From NCBI GenBank assembly GCA_964270895.1, contig OZ185436.1: DNA of 64,000 nucleotides, one strand, 5' to 3'. Source of the stretch: Podarcis filfolensis (lineage: Eukaryota). Positions 12,200-24,700 of this stretch are shown here, piece after piece. Numbering within the stretch: position 1 is the stretch's first letter; every line of letters begins with the position of its first letter. Both the position numbers and the translations under genes were made by a program. The notes beneath the pieces are model-generated. The model did not search any database and was not told the origin of the DNA. It saw nothing but the letters and a program-made list of their open reading frames with translations.

Positions 12200-13230
12200 A
12201 GGAAGCCCTGCGCCCTACGCGGGCTGAGTTGCACCCTGGGCTTTTCCACTTCGTCGCTGCGCAAATGGCGCTCAGCCGCGCCCTGCTCACGTTACGCGCG
12301 GAGCGAGAGGGAAGAGGACGCGGCTGTTTTCTGCGCCTCAGCCGCGCCTCTCTTCCTCGGGAGGGGAGCGGCTGGCCTTCGCAGGCGGGCGGGAGAGCTC
12401 AGTCCGCAGGCAGCGCGCTGCTGGGGAGGCGGGGGCTTTTCTCCCAGGCCGGCAGGCAGGACTCCGCCCGCGCGCCGCTAGCAGAGGTGGCCCCGGCGCC
12501 TGGCCCCTCCTCGCCCGGCCGAGCAGCTCCGCCTCTCCTGCCTCAGTCGCCGAGCCCGGGCCTGTCCAGCGCCACACGCTCCAGCTCCTGCCGCCGCCGC
12601 CGCCTGCAACCCGAGCCCGCCGCCGGCCACGTTCCTGCTTCGCCATGGAGGATTATCACAAGCCCGACCAGCAGACGCTGCAGGCCCTGAAGGACACGGC
12701 CAATCGGCTGCGCATCAACTCCATCAAGGCCACCACCGCGGCTGGCTCCGGGTGAGCCAAGGGGGAGAGGGAGGGAGGGAGGGAGCCGGGCTCGACTCAG
12801 GCAGAGCGAACCTCCCTCACTAGAGAAGTGCCGGGGCTCACACGCCTGCCGGCCAGTCACGCCTTCGCTCTTGGAAGGCCCCGGATCTCGCAGATGAGGG
12901 ATCAAGGCAGCCTGTCTTGCTTAGCACGACGAAGGAAAACTGCCTCACACCGTCAGACCTTTGGTCCTAGCTTAGCGTTGCGCGACTCGGACTGGCAGTC
13001 GGCACTCGGGGTTTCCAGGCAGAGAGGTTCTCCCAGCCCTACAGTGGAGATGCTAAGGTTGAACCGAGCACCGTTTGCATGCCTTTCCCCTGTAATACAC
13101 GCCGCTTCCGGAGTGCAGACCTGTTTCTCCAGAGCTGAGCGTTGGCTGAAATGAACTCACGGAGGGATGGCGGCAGTCTGCCTGACATATTCAGCACTGC
13201 CCGCCCGCCTTTGATCTTGCCCCACGTTTC
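12200..13230 (+). promoter_or_regulatory. CpG-island, TATA-less promoter and first exon region of TKT
   Basis: Very high GC and CpG density around the ATG at 12645, several GC boxes (gggcggg, ggggaggcggggg), Kozak context gccATGG. Confidence 0.85.
12645..12751 (+). CDS. TKT: TKT exon 1 ([36 protein letters not shown])
   Basis: ATG in Kozak context; donor GG|gtgagc. Confidence 0.97.
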
Positions 13231-15669
13231 CCACCCACAGTGTGGGGTGGGGGCAGAAAGTTGCTCTATTGGTGCCTTCTGTAAATGTCGCATGCCACCT
13301 TTATCCCAGGGTAGATCTTACTTGGGTACTGGCTATCCTCCTAAGAACAGACCCTTACCATTTTCTGAGCAAGGTGGGGTCAACTCTCTTAACATCTATT
13401 TTTTTGCTCCCACCCACAACATATCAAAGCATTATCCAACTGCCTGAAGGTAGGAAAATGCACTTGCTATCTCCTTAAGCAGATCATACCATTATTGGCA
13501 TTTCACCCCATAAGATGGATAAGTTCTCGTCTTATGGACTCGTCCCTTCACTCTTAATAATCATAGCTAGCAAAAGGTAGCCCCTACTTAACTGTCTCTT
13601 TAGTACTGTGTAGCCCAAGAAGATAGTTGTGCTTTCCTTCCCTGGTCCTGCTACAAATGAATCTAGAGCAAGGCTACTAATGTGTCGAACAGCCTTGACA
13701 CTACCCCCTGTTTGTGTGGACTTCTGTGCCTCTGGATGAAATTTGGTCCAAATCTTGCTTCTTACTGTTGCGTGTGTGTGCAGTCCAGGGGATTTCTGCA
13801 GAGATCTGACTTTTGAAACCCATTGACTTATGCATCGGTCATCGGTACACTGTTACCTAAACACTGTATTTGAGTTCAGTAGGGTGTTTCTTTTGGAGCA
13901 ATAATTCATTTCACAGCTTTGCCCAAATGGGCTAGTGATATCTTAAACATTATACCTATTTGCATACCACCTGTTTTTTTTCCTTTTCTTAAAAAGCAAT
14001 AATGACAAATAAAATATAGAGCTGAAGATCTTTGTTCTTACTGGGAAACCTTGAATTTTGAGTTGCAAAATGGGCTCAGAGCTTCCATTAGGTTTTGAAA
14101 TGCAGGTTTAAAGCAATCTTTAGGTGTCAGTTATGTTTCACAACTCATGTAATAAGCAAACCTGGTTTGGCAACCTAAAGCTTTCAACAGCCATACAATT
14201 TAATGGAGGATTTTCTTTGGATAGAAGATGTAGCCATTACAAATCACTTTAGAAGGTTGCAGATATAGCGAAGGTGCAAATAGAATTGGATAGCTTATTT
14301 GCTGCATCTGTAGCTGGATTGAATTTGGGATTTGTGTAAGTTCCAAGGAGCTGAACAAACCCATTTTCAGCTGGTGCCTGCAGCCCTATACACATTTATC
14401 TGGGAGTAAGTCCCATTAAACTCAGTGGGGCAACTTTTGAATAGACCAATGTTAGGATTGTGCTGGATGTAATAATTGTCCCTGGAAGATACAGATCAGA
14501 ACTATATATGCAGCAGTTATCTGCAAATACACTCGGGTGTGAAAATTATTACCTCACCTGTGGCTGTGAAAAATGAATAAGAATGATAAAACATTGAACA
14601 CTGGATGTTTGTGTTGATGAAATATTTTTGTGTTTTATATGTTTTGATAAAGGGCTCATTGCATAACAACCCTTTTTACATCATATAGATTGGTTCAAAA
14701 GCTTATTTTTTAGAAAGAGAACGGAGTTAATTGCTCTTAAATACTGTATAGGGGCTTTTCTGATTATACTCATACAGTTTGTTTATGCATGTAGTGTGTG
14801 TGTCCAAATGTTTGGCTCAGTGTGGATAGCGTGCAGAATCAGCCCTTCTACCATAATGCTGTCTGCTTTAATCATGTGCAGCTAAATCGGGCAGCTAAAA
14901 TCAGAGCGTCCAGAAAGCGTGAGAGTATAATATTGACAGTGTATTTTTGACACAGATGAATTGGATTATAAGGTTCTTCATGCATATGATATGACAGAAA
15001 GGGAACTCAGGAATGCTCTCTTGACACACAGTTGGAAGAAAAACAATTTATGCTTTCGGCCAAATTCTTTCTTTTGTACCCAACAGTCGTAACTAATTAT
15101 CGGCAAAATTTCAAGTTCGCCAAAGTGGGATTATTTTTCAAATGCCTGAAGTCTCATATGGGCAGTTTATTCAGGCTTTAGAATAGAGGTTATTTTAGGC
15201 TCTGTCTGCAGATTCCAGAGTTAGTCTAGTTTTGCTTGTACTCTGCGATGGGAAAAATCCATTGTCTTTTGATGTGAAAATCAAGCTATTTCCCCACATC
15301 AAACAGGTTTATTTAATGTTCCATTGACAAACACTGATTTTCTAAAATCTCTTTACAATATATTTACTTTGTTTCAGCTAAGGATTGTATTTTTTTCATT
15401 TTCTGTTGATTGTGTGTGCTATATTATTTAAGGTTCACATTGTCACATTTTAAAATTTAATTTTTAGAAGCAAAAGTTTTCTGTAAGGTTGAAACATCTG
15501 CCCACGTTTTAAATTCCTTTTGTCTGTAGTGATCTCACTGAATTTTGTAAGGTGCATGAAAATGCCATCGTCGGAGGCATTCCTGCACTGAATCTCATTT
15601 AAATGGAATGCTAAATTCTGACAACCACACATTCTGTTCTGAGGTCCATCTGAAGGACTAGGGATCATA

Positions 15670-15717
<48 letters not shown>

Positions 15718-18700
15718 GTAAACCCTTCCACCTTGTGTTGGGCAACAAAGTTGCAACAAAAGAGAAGTGATGGACCCATTTTGAATTTGAATGAATTAAA
15801 ACAATTGCACCATAGTTCAACCTTAACGTTAGTTCAATGTGACATCAGACCTGAGAAACCATTATTTGTAATGGAACTGAAAATTACAACCGGGAACATG
15901 ATATGAAGTGATTTTGCTTGTACTAGCTGTAATTCCATGATTGTCTGAATTGACACACCATAGGTATGGCTGATGCCTTGGTGTACCATTAAGGCAGAAA
16001 AGCTGGGGGAAATGAAAGGGCACATGTGACTTCAGGTGTAGCATCTTCATGGGTGCTCTATTCTGCTCGCAGGATAGTTCTCCTTTTTCATAGCTTTCTC
16101 TGTAGCTGTGTTCAGGGCAGCTCACAGTATTAGAGGAGTTCGGAGCAAACAGTGAATAGCCTTATAACGAGTCCCTTTATAAGAGAAGTAACAACAGCAA
16201 GAATTTAAATGCAAGTGTATTTTGAAACTGATATTAGTTCTAATCACCGTTCCTGATTTGTCTTGAATGGAGCGTGTTCTGCTTGATCCTAAAGTTCACC
16301 AAGTCATGTAGAAGGTGGCAAAAACCTTATTCTCCCAGATGGAGCTCAAAATGACTTTATATTGGCTGTGGGTGATGTTAGTGACTCGGCGTGCGGCTTC
16401 ACCATCCTCCTGCAGCCACGCTGTTCCGTGGGCGGTTGCTCCGCCCTCCTGGCCGCCGCAGTGCCTGATGGGTTCCCGCCAAACCCAGATTCAAATTCCG
16501 GCCTATCCGCGACGGCCTGGGGGTGGGGCAAGAGCAGCGGACCGAGTTGGAGCAGGCTTCACTCTGGTCCGCTCCAGAAGCATAAAAAGGGGCCAGAGCT
16601 GACGTTGGCAGCGCTGTCGGCCCAAGAGCGTCACCCACATGTAATCTTGCTTTTTCTTACAGGCTAACCTTTCTCCTTTCTAGGTTCTCTGGCGTTGATA
16701 TGGTTGTACGATGGTTGCTGTTTTCTCACAGCTGGGAAAGAATTTCCCCTGCTCTACAGGTTTTGCAATTGTCACCACTTTGACGATTTTAGGCATTGGG
16801 CAGAATCCTTTAGTCTTAACAACTGAAAAAGGGGTAAAGCAGTGACTTACCCCTTCTGCGGCAGCGACACCAGGGTACCCCATTAGAGGGGACTTGAGGG
16901 GAATCTCTGTCCACAAGGGCACAACAAGTGGGCCATAGAACTCCCCCCAGCGACATGGGAGAGAGCCAGTTGTGTAAACACACATTTTGCAGTGGCCCCA
17001 TATTCCCGTTCGACCGTGACTTGCCTCAGACCCCCAGTAGGGGGGCTGAGAGGGATACACGCCCAGTGCCTATGCCAAGGTTTCCTACATGTGAAATTCA
17101 ATAAAGTTGTGGCCATTTTAATCCCTAAAGATGTTGTCGTGTCTCCTGCTTGATCCTGAGGTCTGGTTCACAGAGGGGTGGGGTGGGGACTTTGCCTGGG
17201 CACGCAAAAACCATTTATAACTAGCCACCATTGCCAGCTGAGCTTCAAGCAGCAAATCTGGATCCAGAGCAGCAAATTGATTCTGTCAATGCCATGACTC
17301 TCCAGAGCAGGCAATGCAGCCTCATTCTGCGATCTCTATTTCTTTTTAATTTAGCTTCAGCCTTCCCAAATATATATCATGCATTCTTTAGCAATCAACT
17401 TAAGAACTTGCAAATGGATAGAGAGGCAGTTTGGATTCACCAGACTTTGAGTGTTCCTCTAGTTGAGGGCAAATAGCATACCTCAGCCTTGGTCACAGCT
17501 CTTCTGTACTTTCAAAGCCTATGCTAATTTTTATGCGCATTAAAATGTGACTCTGTCACAAATTGCTCCATCTCTTGTAATAAAGTAATTTGTTAAGGCA
17601 AAACCATTTCTGAGGAAGGATATGGAATGACTGGGGGGAAAACGAAGCAGGTTATGGGGGCAGGGGAAGAAAGTACCTAACCATAAAGCAGAACCCTTAG
17701 AAGGAAGTTGCCTTTCTTATTCTCGGTGTGGTGTTGCAATAGCTATATTTACCATTTTACAACATCAAGGTGGTTCCTGTTTTATTTTTTGAGGTCAGTT
17801 GGAGTTCTGTCTGAAGGAGACTGTGGGGATGCAAAGCCTAGTGACTGGGAAATTAAGAGATGGGAACAATGTGATTGTACAGTACATTCAAATACAGGAT
17901 CAATATTTATTTGAACAGTCTCTTTAGTAAATAGCAGGGAGCAGAGACTCAGTACTGAGTTCGGCAAGATCTAATTCCTCCTTTGTTATCCCTGGGGCCT
18001 GATACTAGAATGAATAGATGTAGAATGAATAGATGGATATCTGTTCTTGCCACTCCTTGGGAGCAGAAAATGGCCAGAAGAAAATGCATGAGCATGCCTA
18101 TGATGAATCATGTTATGGGGCTCTGCAAGTCTCCAGTTGATATGCCCTACCCACTTCTTTGTTTGCACTAACAGAAAAGTGCCTGAGGACGCTTGGGTAG
18201 TCTTTTAGTCCTCTTTCCCTATTGTGTCCAGACTGAGCCATCTAGTAGAGTCTTAAAAGGGTCTCATGGCCACCAGGGGGCGGGTAACATGCCAGTTGTG
18301 GGAGGAGCCAGAGGTAGAAGTAGGTGATGGTGATGGTGACAAACAATCCAGAGCTGGAAGAAGGAGGCAGCCTTTGTCCATGAAAACACTTATCTTCCTT
18401 GAGTGGCAATGATGAATGAGTGCATGCTCAGACTATGTAACTGCCTTTTCAAGGGGACTCTGACTGCACCCAGAACAGGCTGTCCACCTAATTCCAGAGA
18501 AAGCAATCTACTAACCTACAGGACCTCCCTCTTGTCCAGATTCAGTATATACTTACTGGTCCTCATAGAATTATAGAGTTGGAAGTGATCCCAAGGGTCT
18601 TCTAGTCCAACCTCTTGCAATGCAGGAATCCCAACTACCGTATTTATACATGACAGATGGCCACCCAACCTCTGCTTGAAAACCTCCAACAAAGGAGAGT

Positions 18701-21700
18701 CCACAACCTCCCAAGGGAAACCATTCCACTGTCAAATAGCTCTTACTGTCAAAGTTCTTCCTGAGTCTCTCTTTCTTTGTTTTTTGTAACTTCAGTTCAT
18801 TGGTTCAAATCCTATCCTTCAGAGCAGGAGAAAACAAGCTTGCTCCATCTTCCGCGTGACAGCTCTTTAGATATTTGAAGATGGCTATCATATCTCCTCT
18901 CAGTCTCCTCTTCTCCAGGTTAAACATACCCAGCTCCTTAATCTGTTCCTCATAAGACTTGGTTTCCAAACCCTTGATCATCTTGGTTGCCTTCCTCTGC
19001 ACATGTTCCAGCTTGTCAACATCCTTCTTAAAATGTGGTGCCCAGAACTGGACACAAGTCCAGGTGTGGTCTGACCAAGATAGAATAGAGTGGGACTATT
19101 ACTTTCCTTGACTGGAACACTGTACTTCTGTTGACGCAGCCTAGAATAGCATTAGCTTTTTTTGCTGTTGACTCCTGACCTCTCTTGCAAGTCTGAGATT
19201 TGGCCCACCTGACCTTTTCCCTGCAACTGCTGGTAACTCATGTATACTCTTCCTTTGGGATTTCCCATTTCTTCCATTTCTTATTCATTCCCTTCTTACA
19301 TCTCAGCTCATCTGTAAGTTCCTTATGTTGCCACACTGGTTTCATTAGATGCCTCCCATGTGTCTGGGCACTGGTCAAGGATTCAGATGACAAGGAGAAG
19401 TAGAGCTAGATGGCGTCTGTGCCATGTTGCATAGTGATAGCAACTTCCTGAAGCATCCCTGCCTTTAGCACAAGCCCTGAGTTCACAGACCTGGTAACTG
19501 GTGGCTGTAGGCTGCTGGCTGTCCTACCCAGCTGGCCCTGCATGCTCAACCTGAGCAATCACATTAGTTTTTGCAGGTCCTTTTCAGTGCAGCAACTCAA
19601 GGTAGTCTCTTGACTACTGCCTCCTTTGCCAACATCTGGAATAAGTGACTTTCTTAACATGGGTTCACAACCTCCATGTTAAGAAAGTCACTTATTCCAG
19701 ATGTCCAAATGTCTCTTCTTGGTAAAAGCTGAAATTGGTTGTTTTATGCTTTCACGTTGTTACGCCTTTCTACTCCTTTTGGTCATATTTGCCTTTGCAT
19801 AATTCCACCCCACCCGCTGGCACTTGGTGCGTTTTTGCTTAATCAACTGTCCATGCTGAGTAGGCATCTTTTGTATTGCAGCTCTGTTTGTTTTGTGTTA
19901 ATCCAAGCAGTTTGACCAGAACTAATAGAATTTGACGATTGAAAGAAGAGAGGTTTGATTTTCTTTTTCTTTTTCAAAGGGGGAAAGAACAAATGGTTAT
20001 TGTAGTTTCGGAGGAATATTTTATTTTTTAAGAAATTGCAAGAAGGAAGTTACGTATGAATGTATTTCCATAGAATCCACTGTGTTTGCATTCCTTTTCC
20101 AAAACATGTTGTCCATATTGGGAGTGCTGTTTGCAGATGTATAGGGAACAAGTTATTTTGCACATTGGCCAATAGTTGAAAATCTCTAGTTTCAACAGGA
20201 ATTGTTTTTTACATGGAATGTGTTGAATTTCAGATATTGGAGCGTAGCTTGGCTTATAAACTGAATTCCAGTTACTGATGGAAACTGAAAGGTAGAGGAT
20301 GTGCTCTACTACATCTTCTGCAACACCTTAGTTCATTTTGAAATCTGCTTGAAGCCTTTTGCAGAAGTCTCATGAAAATTAGTGGTACTTGCAGAACACT
20401 ATTGCTTAGTGTATTTGCAATATCAGTATTTTGCAATCTAATCCTAAAGCTGCTGTCATACTCCCACATACCTGTAAGTAAGCCCTGTTGAAATCAGTAA
20501 GACTTACTTTTGAGTAGACATGGCTAGAACTGTGTTGTCCATCTTGCCAAATTTAATCGGACTTGCTTCCTGGTAGCCAAGGTTGCAATCCTAAGCACAT
20601 TTAACATCTCCCCCTCCAGTGGATAGTTAGCTCAGTTTTCAGTTTTTATATTTTATTAATATAATTTTAAACCTGCTTTAAATTTTTTTTAATGCTAACA
20701 ATTATTGAAGTCCCCTACCACAAATATATCTACATATCTGTATTTCTATAACTATATATTTATATCTGTATCTATATCTGAGTGCCCAGAGGGGTAGCTG
20801 TGTTAGTCTGCTGCAGCAAAACAGCAAGAAGTCTTGTCTGATGAAATGAACTCTTGTCCACTGCAACATATGCTGTAATAAATTAGCTAGCATTTAAGGT
20901 GCCTCAAGATTCTTTGTTGGAATTGAGAATTGTTGTGGTAAAATGTTTTTAATTGGTTGCTTTAATTTTTTTAAATGTTTGTTTTCATTCCCTGTTTAAT
21001 TTTTCTTCTTCTACATGTTCACCAATAGGTTTATTTAAAAACTTTACGCTCAGAGCAGCAGTTCTTTAGAGAGATGGTTAAGTATAACATTTATAAGATT
21101 TAAGGAATGAAAGCCTTTTAAGCAAGCATGTAAGGTTTACTGATTAACAGCCATGTGTAAATATTTACTAATACATGTCTTTGAGTCGTGACTTAAATCT
21201 AATTATTTTAATTCCTAGCGTGCAAGTACTTAACAAAGGATGAGCACTAACCTTTACTCCTGTTTTTTTAAAAAAGCATTTGCATGTGTTTTAAGAAATT
21301 GTTAACGAGAGTGCTGTTCCCAAAGGGGTTTGGATTAGGAAGCAATATTTAATTGGCAGCTTGATAATTAGCACATTATATAGCCTTAAGTCCTGTGGAT
21401 GTCATACAACTGTTGTATCATGTGTCTGGATTTATGATTTTAAAATGCTAACATGCATGGAAAATGTAGTCAAAGGGAAAATGCCTTGTGACAGCCAAAC
21501 TAGTAGACTGTTACTCTATGAACAGGATTTCTGGCTGTTAATTATTATAGCTGCCCTATAGCATGTCAGCTAGTACAACTGACAATTCATTCCACTGGAT
21601 CATTACAAGCTACTGATGCTTTTAGACTAGAAATATTTAAAATTGAGCATGATCCTGGGTCACAGATTTCAGCCATAAATTTACGAACAGTTTTACTCTA

Positions 21701-24700
21701 ATTCTGCAGTCCATAATACACTTATACTAGGGAGTAAGCCTCATTGGGACGCGGGTGGCGCTGTGGGTTAAACCACTGAGCCTTGGGCTTGCCGATCAGA
21801 AGGTCGGCGGTTTGAATCCCTGCGGTGGGGTGAGCTCCCGTTGCTTGGTCCCTGCTCCTGGAAACCTAGCAGTTTGAAAATACGTCAAAGTGCAAGTAGA
21901 TAAATAGGCACCGCTCTGGCGGGAAGGTAAACAGCGTTTCCGTGCGCTGCTTTGCTTCACCAGAAGCGGCTTAGTCATGCTGGCCACATGACCAGGAAGC
22001 TGTATGCCGGCTCCCTCAGCCAGTAAAGCTGGATGAGCGCCGCAACCCCAGAGTCATCTGCGACTGGACCAAACGGTCAGGGGTCCCTTTACCTTTACCT
22101 TTTAAGCCTCACTGAACCCAGTAGGACAGGAGTGAGGAACCTCCAGCCCAGGAGGCCAGTTTTGGCCTGCCAACTTTCCCCATTTGGACTGCAAAGCCAT
22201 TTTTGGCAAGCCATGCTCACCTGTCCTACATCTGAGGGTCATTCAGATAAGGGTGGGGGGCCTTTGAAATGCTGCACAAAACTGGTACCCAGCACTAAGC
22301 AGGATTGCCCTCCTGGTACATTGGCAAAGAAAGGGTGATCCTACAGGAAACTCCCTCACACACCCAAATCTGCTCAGTTTGACTGCACTTTCAGAGCACT
22401 CAGCAGGTAGCAAAGCACTGCTAAAAGAAAGCTTTTTCTTCATTTCAGCAGCTGTTTCACTGTAAACCCCTTGTAGTGAAACAGATGTTAGCAGTGCCTT
22501 CCTGCCTGCTACAAACTTAGAAGTCCTGACTTTGGGATTTCAAAGGGCAAAAAACCTTGATATTGTTTGTGACAGAATGTGGGTTGACAAGTAGGCATCC
22601 TCACTCACTTGTTAAATTTGGCCCATGAGTTGGATCTGGCCTGTGGAGTCAAAAGGTTTCTCCACACTTGAAGCAGGGCTAAGTAATCATACATAGGGTT
22701 GAGCTGTAAAATTCTGTTAAACATATTAAAATAAATGATATATTATTGATAAGTCCAAATTCTGAAATCCAGATGCCTTGCTTATGGAATAATTAACTGT
22801 ATGCATTCTTATAAATTCTGTCTTTTAGAGACAAAGTAAATCACACTGCAGGGTAATGCTTGCTTTCTCAGTTTCTCCAATCCCTAGAAATGTTAATTTC
22901 TAGCTTCCCTGTGATAATCGTTCAGGGTAGGCAATATCTTAAAAGGGTATGACAAATGTTCACAAATGAAAAATGAAGTGGGGGCAAGAATTCCCACTCC
23001 ACCATTCAAAAGCCAGATCTATTGAGGTTTTTCTTTTTCTTTTCAAGGCAAGTTGGGGCTTTTAGAAACCTCTTAAAGAAATTAGTTTAACAACTGTGGA
23101 GAATCTCTCTTGCTGCCCGAACATGATACTCAGGTGTGGTACTATAAGAATTGTTTGCTGTTGATCCTTAAGATCACATTGGGATATATAGGAGGAGGAA
23201 GCAAGCCACTTCAAGTTTATACTAGGTTAAACAGAATTGTGCTTGTTTCTTGTCCTGAAATAGCCTAATAATCTGCAGTGCTAGAAAGGGCATCTCTCCT
23301 GTTCATCTTCCTTTTAGTGATGTACTGACATGATTATTTTGCAAACCAACTGAAACCCTTCCCTGAAGCTCAGGAGAAAATCATAGATGACGTGCTCCTT
23401 CGCAAGGTCATTGAAATCCCTGCTGCAAATCTCCTTCAACTTGTGCTCTCGAAAGAGAGAAAACATATCCAATGTCATAATGCACCCATTTGTTTTCTGA
23501 AGCTTAACTTTCCTTTATAAGTGCTCATTAAAACTTAACATCTAGTCAGATAAGTGCTCTTTCAAAGTGGCACTTTCAGATATTGCTGGACTACACTCCC
23601 ATCATCCTGGCTGGGGCTGGTGAGAAGTAGAGTCCAGCGGCATCTAGGTGGCGAATACCCTTTAGCCACATATAATAAACCATAGGCGAGGGGCCATTTC
23701 CCCAAAATACCTAAGTATTGTCAGGGCTTCGTTCAGGTCAAGGAGATCTCCTTGCGCTTTTCACAGGAAATGAAGCTTTTCTCTAAAAGTAGGTGAACAC
23801 AATAGCTGCTGATTCTGATGCTCTTTCTTGATCTTAGTGGAGAGAAAGTAGCTCAAGGTGCCCTCTCACTGAAGCTTACATTTCGGCATCCATTTTGGGG
23901 GAGATAACACGACATCCTCTTCTCTTAACTGCTTCAGAGCTAATGGATACTAGGATGATAGTAGATGGAAGGAGTTCTCACAGGCACCTCTAATGGCACA
24001 TTTCCCTGTGGAAGCCTGGAAGGATGAGCATGTTGGTGTTTCAGTGACAGGAATGTGACCTGACAAGAGGCTGCAGTTGTAACGCTCCGTGTGCTTTGAT
24101 TTGCAGCCACCCAACGTCATGTTGCAGTGCTGCAGAAATCATGTCTGTGCTGTTCTTCCATACCATGAGGTACAAGCCGCAGGATCCCAGAAATCCTAAC
24201 AATGACCGGTTTGTTCTTTCCAAGGTAAGAGCTAGATCTTTTTCATTACTCTCCTGAAGGCTAGCTCTGATTGAATACTCTACTCTGTTTCCTAATGGCT
24301 CTTTGCAACAGGGGAAAAAAATATCATCAGCAGTGTTCTTATACAACAATGCAAAAAATCCAAAAATTTCTTTGCCATCCTTCACAATTTCTGCGCTGAC
24401 CCTTGGATTCATGCACTTGTTTCAAACTCCTTGGGCTTTTGAGACATTGGCTCAAAGTCATACCTAAGACTTTGGAATCAGTAGGACAAGTAGCCAACGG
24501 GACATTAATTTCTTATTAAAAGCCGGCTGTCTTTTGCTTTGGGCTGTTACTCCTTATCTCTACCTCTTTGTACACCCTGAGATGGGGAGTGGGGCTCAAA
24601 CTCACTTATGAAGAGAAGCAAACCATTAACCAGGAGGCCCCATATATTGCAGGATCCTTGGGACTTTGTTTTCTCATCTCTCACTTTGGGCATTTGCTTT

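Noticed and set aside
11886-13154. Several 100-224 aa ORFs overlapping the TKT promoter on both strands
   Set aside because: Expected stop-codon scarcity in a CpG island. They are low-complexity Ala/Arg/Pro/Gly-rich with no recognisable domain; the real CDS is the 107-nt exon 1.
17947-18033. 14-bp palindrome actcagtactgagt and a 15-bp tandem duplication tagaatgaatagatg
   Set aside because: Too short to distinguish from ordinary local mutation or chance.
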